A stretch of 64,000 nt of DNA from an uncultured delta proteobacterium. Its GTDB lineage: Bacteria > Desulfobacterota > Binatia > UBA9968. The notes under the pieces were generated by a model. It made no database searches. It was not told the origin of the DNA and saw nothing but the letters and a program-made list of their open reading frames with translations. Positions 1 to 10,502 of the stretch are shown here, piece by piece. A program made the translations under genes and the position numbers. Position 1 is the first letter of the stretch. Each line of letters opens with the position of its first letter. The stretch is from positions 1 to 64,000 of the forward strand of contig CAWJZV010000046.1 in assembly GCA_963847445.1 (NCBI GenBank). The letters are read 5' to 3'.

Positions 1-1477
1 ATCTTCACCAAAGCGGCAGATGTCGGCGCTGACCTCGTCGGTAAAGTCGAAGCTGACCTGCCCGAAGACGACCCGCGCAACGCAGCAGTGATCGCCGATC
101 GTCGGCGACAACGTCGGTGACTGCGCCGGTATGGCAGCAGACATTTTCGAAAGCTACGAAGTTACTCTCGTGGCAGCCATCATTCTTGGTTATGCTGCGT
201 ATGTTGCCTTCCCGGCATACGGTTCGACGCTTATCTTCTATCCCTTGCTGGTGCGCGCCGTGGGCGTATTCGCCTCGATCATCGGCACTTGGGCTGTACG
301 TGGAAAGACGATCCCAAGATGAACCCGATGACGCCGATCAATGTCGGTTTTTACGTCTCGGCGGGAGTCGCGGGTCGTCGGCTTCGGAATCGTGAATGCA
401 CTCTACCTGAAGCGGGCGGACGGAACCCCGGACTTCCGCTTCTTCTTTGCAACCCTGATGGGTATCATCCTCGCCCTCATTATCGGACGGCTGACAGAGC
501 ACTTTACAGCCACCGAAAAGAAGCCGGTTACTGATATCGCCTATGCGAGTCGGACCGGAGCGGCGACACTCTTGCTTGCCGGTCTCGCAGAAGGCATGGA
601 ATCGAGCGTCTGGGCGCTCGTGGCAATTTGCGCCACGATCTTCGGTTCGATGGCGATCTTCGGCGGCGACCTCATTATGTCGTTCTACGGTATCGCTCTG
701 GCCCGGTCTGGTATTCCTCACCACCACCGGTTTCATCCTTGCGATGGACACCTTCGGCCCGATTTCCGACAACGCCAACGGCATCGCAGAACTGGCGGGT
801 GAAGAGTTCGACGACAACGCGCGGCAAATCCTCGCTGACCTCGACGCCGCAGGTAACACCACCAAGGCCATCACCAAAGGTATCGCCATCGGCCGGCGGT
901 CATCGCGGCTGTATCGCTGTTCGGCTCATTCTTCATCGACATCGAACGTGTCATGCCTGAAGATCGCTTAACCACGTTCACCCGCTCGATCAACCTCGCC
1001 GACCCGATCGTCTTCATCGGCGTTCTGCTCGGCGCAACGCTCCCGCTGATCTTTGGCAGCCTACTCGATCAAGGCGGTCAACCGCGCAGCCGGTTTCGAT
1101 CATGGCGGAAGTTCGCCGTCAGCTCGCCATCCCCGAAGTGATGAGCGGCGCCCGCACACCCGACTACGCGCAAGCCGTTGTTTGGCATCGCCACCCGCGC
1201 AGCGCAAACGGAACTGATCCCGCTCGGCTTGATCGCCATCCTCTCACCCATCGTGATCGGGCTGCTGCTCAAGGAGCAGGCACTTGGTGGCTTCCTCGTC
1301 GGTGTGATTGTCTCCGGTCAATTGCAAGCCGTGTTCATGGCGAACGCCGGCGGCGCGTGGGATAACGCCAAGAAGAATATCGAAGACGGTAATATGGGCG
1401 GCAAAGGCAGTGCCAACCACAAAGCCAGCGTCGTCGGCCAAGCGTTGCCTTTAAAATCATCGACCGATATGGCATAG
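1..1477 (+). CDS. hppA: Membrane-bound H+-translocating pyrophosphatase, K+-independent type; 5' part outside the window, frameshifted, 3' end truncated
   Basis: Motifs [54 protein letters not shown] (Lys variant) and [11 protein letters not shown] across frames. Homology stops after HKASVVG at ~1438. Confidence 0.9.
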
Positions 1478-1510
1478 AGATCGTCGGTCGCGACAAGGAG
1501 GAAGAGAATC

Positions 1511-2403
1511 GTGGCATTTCAAAAAATCGGTATCATGAGTATTGGCGAGATGGGCTTTCACTGGGCCAAGCTGCTCAAGAGCCACGGCGTCGAAGTTTTG
1601 ACTTATGACAAGGACCGCGGCGAGGTGAGCCGCAAGCGCGGCGGAAAACGCCGGCGTGACATCGGTCGCGTCGATGAACGCGTTGGTTCAGGAAGCCGAG
1701 TTGATCGTCTCCATCGTCGTGCCGTCGGCGGCCAAGAAGGTCGCCACCAAAGTGGCCAAGGCGGCGCTCAAGAGCGGCAGAAAAGATTTACTTTACTGCG
1801 ATGCCAACGCGATCTCACCGATGACCGCCGACGCCATCGCCAAAGTTCTGACGCCGGCGGGAGTGAATTTTGTCGACGGCTGCATCATCGGCTCGGCGGC
1901 GAAGATGGGCAAGGGCACGATCGTCTATCTTTCCGGGCCACAGGCTGAGCGGCTGCGCGGGCTTGAAGCTTTCAACATTCCCCTCAAGCTTTTGGGCCCG
2001 GTGACCAATCAGGCGTCGGCGTTTCAAAGTCGTTTACGCTGGACTGACCAAGGGATTTCAGGGGTTGTTTTGCGAGCTGCTCATGGGCGCGCGCAAGTTC
2101 GGCTTGCTCGACGAAATTCGCGCTCAGTACGAGGAGAGCTTTCCCGGTTTGCTCGATAAGGTCTCGTCGAGCATCATCGGCTTGCGGATTCACGCCGGCC
2201 GGCGCGCCGAGGAGATGGACGAGTTGAAGCGCACCTTCAATTCGCACGGTCTCGATTCGTTTATGGCGCCGGCGGCGCAAAAGGTCTTGCGCGCTATCGC
2301 CGCGTTCGACCTGGGCCAGGCTAGCGCCAGCGGCGTACGCCACGGCGATCTGGCGGAGACCTTGGAATTGTTCTACGAAAAGGGTCTTTTACAGCAGAAA
2401 TAG
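1511..2403 (+). CDS. NAD(P)-dependent oxidoreductase, 6-phosphogluconate/3-hydroxyisobutyrate dehydrogenase-like (DUF1932 type); frameshifted
   Basis: N-terminal Rossmann IGIMSIGEMG, then DANAISP, FVDGCIIG and HAGRRAEEMDE, joined over three ORFs. Confidence 0.75.
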
Positions 2404-2492
2404 CCAGCTGAGATTTCTTAAATCGGCCCTAGCCAGGCGGCGGGTTTCCTGGTATTGAGAGCGAAACAGTAATCTGAGGGAGGAGTCTAGTA

Positions 2493-4264
2493 ATGTCCAG
2501 AGTAGAAAAGAAACAACCGGAATACGGTTCCGATGTCGTCGTCGATCTGATGAAGGCCCATGATATCGAGTACACCGCGTTCAACCCCGGTGCGACCTTT
2601 CGCGGGATCCACGATTCGATCGTCAACTATGGCGGCAACTACAAGCCGGAAGTGATCTTCTGCCATCACGAAGAAATCTCGGTGGCCATCGCGCATGGCT
2701 ACGCCAAGGCGAAGAGGCAAACCGATGATCGCTATCTGCCACAACATGGTCGGTTTGCAGCATGCCAGCATGGCGATTTTCAACGCCTACATCGACCGCG
2801 TGCCGATGATGGTGCTCGGCGGCACTGGGCCGATGAACACGAAACGGCGCCGGCCGCGCATCGACTGGATCCACACCGCGCTGGTGCAGGGCAACCAGGT
2901 GCGCGACTACACCAAGTGGGACGATCAGCCGTATTCGCTGGCCGACGTGCCGGATTCGTTCATCCGCGGCTACCGCATCGCCACCACCGATCCGACCGCG
3001 CCGGTCTACATCAACTACGATGCCGATATTCAAGAAGACGCGGTCAAGACCATGGTCGACATGCCGGACGTGAGCCGCCACTCCAGGCCGGCGCCGGCGC
3101 AGGCCAATCCCGAAGCGCTGCGGCGCGCGGCGGAGATGCTCGTCAATGCGAAGAATCCCTTGATCGTCGCCGACATGCTTGGGCGCAATCCCAAGGCCGT
3201 GCCGATGCTGATCGAGCTGGCCGAATTGCTCGCCGCGCCGGTGGTCGATAAGGGCGCGCGTTTCAACTTTCCAGCGGTGCATCCATTGGATGTGACCGAC
3301 GGCGCTCGGGAAATTCTCCAGAAGGCTGATTTTATCTTGGCCCTCGACGTCGGCGATCTGTTCGGCGCATTGACCACGGTGAGCAAGCAGACCCGTGAAA
3401 GCGAGTACGTGACCACGCCCGGGCGTGCGCATCGCCAGCATCTCGATGAACGACATGTTGGTCCACTCCTGGGCCAACGACTTCCAGGCGTTGCAGGCGA
3501 TCGATGTTCCGATGAGCGCCGATACGTCGGTGGCGGTGCCGGAACTGACCCGGCTGTGCCGCGAGCTGATCGGCAACGACAGCGCCAAGAAAGCGACCAT
3601 CGAAGCGCGCCAAAAAGAACTGTCGGAAAAGCACAAGAGCCGCCGCGCCAAGTGGCTGAGCGACGCTCAGGCGAAAGGCTCGCAGAAAGACATCTCGACA
3701 GCGTGGTTGGCGCTGGAGATCGGCGAAGCGATCAAGCGCGAAGACTGGGTTTGCGTCAACGGCACTTCGAACGGTTGGACGCGCCGGCTATGGGACTTAA
3801 GCAAGCCGAATCAATCCCTCGGCGGCAGCGGCGGCGCAGGCTTGGGTTATGGGCCAGGCGCGGCGATCGGCGCGGCTCTGGCACTCAAGGGCAGCGGCAA
3901 GCTCGCCGTGGCGATTCAATCTGACGGCGACATGTTGATGACTTCGAGCGCGATCTGGACCGCGGCGAAACACCGCATTCCGCTGCTCATGATCATGCAC
4001 AACAACCAGTCCTACTATAATTCCGAAGAGCACGGCATCGAAGTCGCTAAGTTTCGCAAACGGCCGGTGGAGAACGCGCCGATCGGCACTCATGTTGACG
4101 ACCCGGCCATCGACTTCGCCATGATGGCGAAATCTTTTGGCGTCAACAGCGAAGGCCCGGTGCGCAACCCGGCGGATCTCCGGCCGGCCATCGAGCGCGG
4201 CGTTAAGTACGTCAAAGAGAAGCAGCTGCCGTACTTGGTCGATGTCATCGCCGAACCGCGCTAG
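2493..4264 (+). CDS. Thiamine pyrophosphate-binding enzyme (acetolactate synthase/benzoylformate decarboxylase-like); frameshifted
   Basis: NPGATFRGIHDS, HHEEISVAIAHGYAK and a C-terminal TPP motif SDGD...MHNN. Confidence 0.85.
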
Positions 4265-4297
4265 GAATTTAGCGTTGGGACAAGCAGAAAAGATTAC

Positions 4298-4378
4298 TCA
4301 CCACGAAGGACACGAAGATCACGAAGTTCGGAAAATAAATTTTCCGAAACCTTCGTGTCCTTCGTGCCTTCGTGGTGA
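4298..4378. repeat. REP-like palindrome with 9-nt periodic arms (CACGAAGnn x3)
   Basis: tcaccacgaaggacacgaagatcacgaag...cttcgtgtccttcgtgccttcgtggtga, enclosing an inner ttcggaaaa/ttttccgaa stem. Confidence 0.85.
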
Positions 4379-5277
4379 ATAAATATTTTGCGGGCTTGCT
4401 AGGCGAGTCATCCCCCAAGAATATAGCTTCAAACAACCGCACATTGGCTACCGATCCTTACCGAGAATTTCGTCAGGCGGTCGAACGGCCGGAAGAAACC
4501 ATTGACCTTGGCCGCGCCGCGCTGACCATCGCGCTTGCCGACTTTCCCGATCTCGACATCTCAAGTTATCTCCGGCGCATCGATGAGTTGGCGGTCGCGG
4601 TCGGTCAAAGGTGCGGTGCTGGGGCGGATAGGTTTCGTTCCATCGCAGCGCTCAATTATGTTCTGTTCAACGAGCATGGCTTTCGCGGCAATCGCGCTGC
4701 CTATTACGACGCGGAAAATAGTTTTCTCAATCGGGTGATCGAACGTAAGACCGGCATTCCCATCACCTTGTCGGTGCTCTATATGGAGGTAGCGCGGCGC
4801 ATCGGCCTTAACTGCAACGGCGTCGGTTTTCCCGGCCACTTTCTGGTGAAGACCGCCATTGATAGCAACGAGATCGTCATCGACCCATTCAACGGCGGCG
4901 AAATCAAATCACCTAAAGATCTGGACCAAATGTTGCGGCAGATGTACGGCGGCAAAGTCGGCTTGCGCCCCGAATTCCTCGCCCCGGTGACCAGGAAGCA
5001 GATTCTTCTACGCATGCTCGGAAATCTCAAGGCGATCTATGGCCGCGGTGATGAGTTGGTCAAAATGCTCGCTGTGCTCGATCGTCTGATCATCCTAGAT
5101 CGCGATGCGGTGGAAGAAGTGCGCGATCGTGGCGCGGTATATTTGCGGCTTGAGTGCTATGGCCAGGCGAAAGACGACTTCGAAACTTATCTGCGGCTGG
5201 CGCCGGATGCGCGAGACGCCGCGGCGATTCGCGACCAACTGGTGGATCTAGCGAAGCACCCCGTGCTAATTCACTAG
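4372..5277 (+). CDS. SirB1-family protein (transglutaminase-like domain plus TPR); true start may be TTG at ~4445
   Basis: FRGN...YYDAENSFLNRVIERKTGIPITLS, GVGFPGHFLVK, RDRG TPR tail. Confidence 0.88.
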   Translation: MVNKYFAGLLGESSPKNIASNNRTLATDPYREFRQAVERPEETIDLGRAALTIALADFPDLDISSYLRRIDELAVAVGQRCGAGADRFRSIAALNYVLFNEHGFRGNRAAYYDAENSFLNRVIERKTGIPITLSVLYMEVARRIGLNCNGVGFPGHFLVKTAIDSNEIVIDPFNGGEIKSPKDLDQMLRQMYGGKVGLRPEFLAPVTRKQILLRMLGNLKAIYGRGDELVKMLAVLDRLIILDRDAVEEVRDRGAVYLRLECYGQAKDDFETYLRLAPDARDAAAIRDQLVDLAKHPVLIH

Positions 5278-5316
5278 CCCGGCGGGCGGGTTGAGTACGC
5301 GCTCCGGCGAAGCTGT

Positions 5317-7569
5317 TTACGCTCCCAATTTAGAAAACTCTTTGAAGGTTGCCGCGAAGGAGCGGGTCAGGAACAAGTCGTGAAACGCCGCCCGGGTGAG
5401 CTGCAACGGCCGGAGCGCCCAGAGCTTGTGGGCTTTGAAATTGTTCACGCTCTCGCTCCAAATGCGCTGAAGTTTCTGGCGCGAATGGACCACCCGGTCA
5501 TTGATGGCGTCGTAGTGGATCAGGCTCAATTGCGCCTTTGACGGCAGCGAATTGCGTAGACGCTGGTAACTTTCCTGCCACTCATGGATGCGGTCGCTAA
5601 AGCGGGCGCTGGTCTGAATCTGCTGCATCTCATCGAGCCATTTGCGCGCGGTTTCCGATTCTCCCAGCCGGAGATCTTGTATGCTTTGACGCAACTGCTC
5701 CCATTGCTTTAAAAAGCGGTTGAGATCGCGCCGGCTGTATAGAATTCGAGAGGATAGGTCGTCGAGCGGCGCCAATAGAACTCGCACCCGTTCCGGCAAG
5801 GTATCTTTAGCGTTGTTATAAATATTCTGAATCTCGCCTATGCGTAACGCTCGCCAGATGTCAGACTGAGTTCTTTGGATTTGTTCTAACCAACGCTCTT
5901 CGGTTTCGCTTTTGTTGCGGGTTTGCAGCCAGACCTCTTCCATCTCCTTGACGAATTTAGTCCAGGTGATCAGCAGAGCAGTGTTTTCTTTGGTGCGTTT
6001 CCACAGATGCACCGGGAGCGAGTCGACGGCGTAGCCGGGCCGGCGGACTTTTCGATCTTTCAAGCGGAAGAAGCCGGCGACCATGGGGTGCTGCTTCTCG
6101 ATCAAAGCAGCGTTTTTGTACCAGAAGAAGATCGCCATCAGATTCCAGTAGTTTTTCGGATTGTCGGTCCACTTGGACAGCGACTTGATCATGTTCTCTT
6201 TGCTGTAAAAGGTTTTCCAAGCGTCTTCGTACGCCTCGGTCCATTCCTCCGCGGTCATGAGCGGGTGCTTGATGGTCGCGTGGAACGAATCGCGCTTGTT
6301 GAAGTCCGGGTCCATCCAATCTCCACGCTTTTTCATCTCGCGGTGATCATGGGAGCCGGGCAAGGGCGTCAGCATAAAGAACGACGCCTGATCCGGTTCG
6401 ACTTCGTCCTTGAGAAAACGCATGTCTTCGGCGACCTGCTCCTTGGAATCCCACGGCAGGCCGATGATGTAACCGGCGTGCACCAATACGCCGGCGTCAT
6501 GCCATTCCTTGATGATGGCGCGGTATTCGTCGACTTTATTTTGCTTCTTGCCTTCGGCGGCCAGGTTCTGCGGGTTGACGCTTTCCATGCCGATGAAGAC
6601 TTGAGTGCAACCGGCTTTGGCGGCCAGCGTGACGAAGTCTTTCGGTTTGCGCGCCAGATCGACCTGCATCATGAAGGTGATGTCGAGTCCCTCATCGCGC
6701 AACTTGATGATTTCTTCAAAGGTCTCGCGCCAGAGTTTTTTACGGGCGAAGTTGTCGTCGGTGAAAAAATAAAAAGATAGGCCGTTCTCAAGATTGCGCC
6801 GCATCATTGCCGCGATGCTCGCCGGGCTGCGCTCGCGCATCTTGCGCCCCTGGACGTTGATGATGGTGCAGAAGCTGCACGAGAACGGACAGCCGCGCGA
6901 AGTGTCGGCGGTGGCGAAACTCGGGTAGGCGAAATGGCGCATGGTTTTCGCGCTGGTTCGCGGCAGCGGCGCCTCGCCGATGTCGACCAAATTTTGCAGA
7001 TCCTGGGCGAAGCTATACAGCGGCTTTAGCTGCCCGTGCAGATAATCCGCGAGGATGCCTTCCCATTTGCCTTCGACTTCGCCGGACACGACGCAGATGC
7101 CTTCACGAAAAAGCTCCTGGATCTCCGGCTCCTGGTCGCTCAGCATGTTGATCGTGCCGCTGGTGTGGAAGCCGCCCATGATCACCGTGATGTTTTCGGC
7201 GCGAAAGAGCCGCGACATGTCGACGGCGCGGGGAAATTGATTGGTTTGCACGCCGACCATGCACACCAGCAGTTTGGTGCCGGGCTCCTTACTCCAGCGG
7301 ATGATTTTGTTCACCGGCACTTTTTCGGCGGTTTCATCGAAGGTGGTCACTTCGATGTCGAGCTTGCCGAACACCCGGCGCTCTATGATATCCTCGGTCA
7401 AGCCATGCAGGACGTTGAGCGTATTGCTCGGCAGCACGCCTTTCCAAAAACGAATCAGGTAGCCGTCGTCGTCGTACTTGGAAGGCTTGATCAAAACGAT
7501 ATGAAATTTTTCGCTTTGTTGCAGCATCGGACCGGTAGCCTCCCGAATGCTTGTAAGTGCTTGGAGCAT
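5317..7569 (-). CDS. Radical SAM protein with N-terminal B12-binding-type domain and long C-terminal helical extension
   Basis: SRGCPFSCSFC (CxxxCxxC), FFTDDNF, IGMES, YIIGLP, LTPLPGS; N-terminal LIKPSKYDDDGY and MGGFH. Confidence 0.85.
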   Translation of the reverse strand: MLQALTSIREATGPMLQQSEKFHIVLIKPSKYDDDGYLIRFWKGVLPSNTLNVLHGLTEDIIERRVFGKLDIEVTTFDETAEKVPVNKIIRWSKEPGTKLLVCMVGVQTNQFPRAVDMSRLFRAENITVIMGGFHTSGTINMLSDQEPEIQELFREGICVVSGEVEGKWEGILADYLHGQLKPLYSFAQDLQNLVDIGEAPLPRTSAKTMRHFAYPSFATADTSRGCPFSCSFCTIINVQGRKMRERSPASIAAMMRRNLENGLSFYFFTDDNFARKKLWRETFEEIIKLRDEGLDITFMMQVDLARKPKDFVTLAAKAGCTQVFIGMESVNPQNLAAEGKKQNKVDEYRAIIKEWHDAGVLVHAGYIIGLPWDSKEQVAEDMRFLKDEVEPDQASFFMLTPLPGSHDHREMKKRGDWMDPDFNKRDSFHATIKHPLMTAEEWTEAYEDAWKTFYSKENMIKSLSKWTDNPKNYWNLMAIFFWYKNAALIEKQHPMVAGFFRLKDRKVRRPGYAVDSLPVHLWKRTKENTALLITWTKFVKEMEEVWLQTRNKSETEERWLEQIQRTQSDIWRALRIGEIQNIYNNAKDTLPERVRVLLAPLDDLSSRILYSRRDLNRFLKQWEQLRQSIQDLRLGESETARKWLDEMQQIQTSARFSDRIHEWQESYQRLRNSLPSKAQLSLIHYDAINDRVVHSRQKLQRIWSESVNNFKAHKLWALRPLQLTRAAFHDLFLTRSFAATFKEFSKLGA

Positions 7570-7690
7570 CTTTTATAGATGATCGAGGAGCTTGGAAGTT
7601 TAAAGCGAATCTAACAACCGGGGTTGGAGGCTGTCAAGCCGGAAATTCTCTGTCAATCGTGACTCTCCCAGCGGCGAATTTCTCATCGGA

Positions 7691-8381
7691 ATGATCCAAT
7701 TCCAGCATGTTGAGAAGCGCTACACCCCGGGTCTACGCGCCCTCGACGACATCAATCTAGAGATAGACAAAGGCGAGTTGGTGCTCTTGAGCGGTGCCAG
7801 CGGCGCCGGCAAGTCGACCTTGTTGAAGCTCGTCTATCGCGAGGAGGAGCCGAGTTCGGGCGAGATTCTCGTCGAAGGTCAGGAACCTCAAATCCTTCGA
7901 TGGCCGGGCCGTGGCACGGCTGCGGCGCCGAGTCGGGTTGGTCTTCCAAGAGTTCAAACTATTGGCGAATTTGACCGCGTTGGAAAATATCGCCCTCGCC
8001 GCGGAAATCGCCGGCACCGCGAAAAAGGCCGCCCAAGTGAGGGCCGAGCAGTTGTTGGGCGAGCTCGGTCTCGCATCTCGCCGTCATGATAAACCTGGCG
8101 CGCTGTCGGGTGGGGAGCAGCAGCGGGTCGCGGTGGCGCGCGCGCTGGTCAATCGTCCAGCGCTGATTTTGGCCGACGAGCCCACCGGGAATCTTGACGG
8201 CACGGCCGCTGCCGAGACATTACGGCTCTTCAAAGATCTCCGAAAGCAGGACAGCACCATCGTGATCGCCAGCCACGATGTAAATCTTTTCAGCGTAATC
8301 GCCAGCCGGGTGATTCACCTCGAGCAGGGTAGAATAGTCGCCGATACGGCCGGCAGCGGCGCAGCGGAGTGGCGCCTCTGA
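7691..8381 (+). CDS. ftsE: Cell division ABC ATPase FtsE; frameshifted
   Basis: GASGAGKS, VFQEFKLL, LSGGEQQRV, ADEPTGNLD; followed by ftsX and envC. Confidence 0.88.
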
Positions 8382-9277
8382 TGGCTACGCTCGGGTTTGT
8401 CGCCCGACGCGCCGGTCATGGGCTGCGGCGGTTTCTTGGCACGGTTATTCTAACCAGTGTGACGATTGCGCTGACACTTGGTGTGTTTGGCGGATTCCTG
8501 TTGCTCCAACTCAATCTGGAAAAATTTTTGCGCGGGTGGGGTGATCAGCTGCAACTGACCGCATACCTCAATCATAGCGTCGGCGCCGCTGAGTTGGCAG
8601 CTTTGCTGGCGCGTCTGCAAGGCTTTCCTGAAATCGAACAGGTGCGCCATACCAGCCAGGAACAGGCCTGGCGTAATTTCCAGGCCAGCTTGGGGGCTCA
8701 GTCGGGATTGCTCGAAGGACTGCCGCGCGATGTCTTACCGGCTTCGGTTGAAATTTCCGTGCGGCCGAGTTTCCGCGATGGCGCTGCAATGGAACAGTTG
8801 GTTGGGCGTCTAAAGCAGCAGAAGGAATTGACCCAAATCGATTATCCGCAGCAATGGGTGGAACGGCTAAGCTTAGTTGTGTTGGCGTTGCAGTGGGCCA
8901 AATGGCTGGTCGCCGGAGTGCTCTTTCTCGCGACCTTTTTCCTCGTCAGCAACATGGTGAAGCTGGCGATTATGGCGCGACGGCAGGAGATCGAAGTGAT
9001 GCAGTTGGTCGGCGCGAGCGAAGCGCTGATCCAAGCGCCGTTGGCGATCGAAGGGCTGGTTCAAGGACTGCTCGGTGCGGGCGGCGGCCTCGCGGTACTT
9101 TGGGGAATTTATCGCGTGCTGCGTGACGATGCCGCGGGACTGTCTGAACTCGTTCCTGCGCTCGGCCGGATCGAGTTTCTCGATGGCCTCAGTATCGCCT
9201 TGGTGCTGGCCATCGGCGGTGTGCTCGGCGCTTCGGCAAGTCTATTCGCCGCGCGGGGGATGGTGCGCTCGTGGTAA
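8381..9277 (+). CDS. ftsX: Cell division permease FtsX
   Basis: One N-terminal and three C-terminal TM segments, LPAS, RRQEIEVMQLVGA, IQAP..IEG. Confidence 0.88.
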   Translation: MATLGFVARRAGHGLRRFLGTVILTSVTIALTLGVFGGFLLLQLNLEKFLRGWGDQLQLTAYLNHSVGAAELAALLARLQGFPEIEQVRHTSQEQAWRNFQASLGAQSGLLEGLPRDVLPASVEISVRPSFRDGAAMEQLVGRLKQQKELTQIDYPQQWVERLSLVVLALQWAKWLVAGVLFLATFFLVSNMVKLAIMARRQEIEVMQLVGASEALIQAPLAIEGLVQGLLGAGGGLAVLWGIYRVLRDDAAGLSELVPALGRIEFLDGLSIALVLAIGGVLGASASLFAARGMVRSW

Positions 9278-10437
9278 GCTTCCGCGCGTTAATCGGCGCG
9301 TGCTTGTTGCTGCTGGCCGGCTCCGGAGAGGTGCCGGGCGCGGTTGCGAGCAAGGATCTCGATGGCATCAAGAGAAGGATCGAGAGCGAAAAAAAAGGTC
9401 TATCTCAGCTGCAAATCAAAGAAGGCGGCGTGCTCAAAGCGCTCGACAAAATTGAGCACGATCTCGACAAGAAAACCAAGAACCTCAAGGTGGCCGATGG
9501 TCAATACAACGCGATCCTCGGCGCGATCCAAAAGACCGAGGCCGAGGCGCTCAAGGTGCGTGGCTCGATTAGCCAACGCGAGTCCTTGTTTCGGCAGCGC
9601 GCGGCCGCGCTCTATCGCTGGCAACGCAGCGGCGAGCCGTTCTGGTTTGCCAACGGCGCCGGCGCTCTGAGCGCAATCCTGAAACGCCAGCGTTACTTCG
9701 CGGCGACGTTAGCTTTCGACCGGGGATTGATCGGCGAATTGCACAGCGAAAGCCAGCGCCAGGAAAGTTTGCGGCGCCAACTGAGCGAGCAGAAGGATCG
9801 CTTGGCGGCGCAGAAAAAGCTGTTGGTGCTGGCCCGCGCCGCGGTGGCGCAGGAGATGGATAAAAAGAAAATTCTTTTGACGAGTTTGCGCCAGGAAAAA
9901 GCTAACCGGCTCAAAGCCTTGCGCGACATGGCAGCGGCGGCGCAGCGGCTGCAGCAAATGCTCGACGAGATCGCCCGCCGGGCGATTGTCAGACCGAGAG
10001 AATTACCTGCGCCGTCTTCCACGGGACGCGGTCTCGAAGCTATGCTTGGGCAGTTGGACTGGCCGGTCAAGGGCCCGGTGACCGCGCCCTTTGGCAAATT
10101 CAAACATCCGGAATTCGCCGCCGAGATGGTCCGCAAGGGCATCGACATCGACGCGCCGCTCGGCGACGGCGTGCGAGCGGTGGAAAAGGGCCGTGTAGTA
10201 TTCGCTGATCGGTTTACCGGCTACGGCCGCATGGTGATCGTCGATCATGGCGAGCGTTACTATACAGTTTACGGTCATCTTTCTGAAATCATTAGGAAAA
10301 CCGGCGAAGAGCTGGGCCGCGGCGAGATCCTGGGACGAGTCGGCGATAGCGATTCGCTCAGTGGCGCCAAGCTTTATTTTGAGCTGCGCAAAGACGGCCG
10401 CTCCATCGATCCCCTGCCGTGGCTTAAGAAACGATAG
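9271..10437 (+). CDS. envC: Murein hydrolase activator EnvC (coiled coil plus degenerate M23 domain)
   Basis: Signal peptide, long coiled coil, WPVKG, GIDI, LYFELR (lacks the HLH motif). Confidence 0.85.
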   Translation: MVSFRALIGACLLLLAGSGEVPGAVASKDLDGIKRRIESEKKGLSQLQIKEGGVLKALDKIEHDLDKKTKNLKVADGQYNAILGAIQKTEAEALKVRGSISQRESLFRQRAAALYRWQRSGEPFWFANGAGALSAILKRQRYFAATLAFDRGLIGELHSESQRQESLRRQLSEQKDRLAAQKKLLVLARAAVAQEMDKKKILLTSLRQEKANRLKALRDMAAAAQRLQQMLDEIARRAIVRPRELPAPSSTGRGLEAMLGQLDWPVKGPVTAPFGKFKHPEFAAEMVRKGIDIDAPLGDGVRAVEKGRVVFADRFTGYGRMVIVDHGERYYTVYGHLSEIIRKTGEELGRGEILGRVGDSDSLSGAKLYFELRKDGRSIDPLPWLKKR

Positions 10438-10502
10438 CTATTGCACCACCATTGAGCTAGAATTATAAGCTAGTTATCAGCGAGTATTTAGGGAGAAATT
10501 TC

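Noticed and set aside
2623-3651. Long antisense or alternate-frame ORFs (also 5923-6780, 10812-11867, 28238-29161, 62895-63866)
   Set aside because: These are shadows of well-supported genes in GC-rich DNA and carry no recognisable motifs.
4298-4378. Possible CRISPR array
   Set aside because: It is one palindrome with short internal periodicity, no unique spacers and no cas genes. I saw no array anywhere in the window.
5317-7569. Calling the radical SAM protein HpnP, HpnR, HpnJ or BchE
   Set aside because: Only the general B12 radical SAM architecture is supported. There is no hopanoid or bacteriochlorophyll gene context, so no symbol is given.
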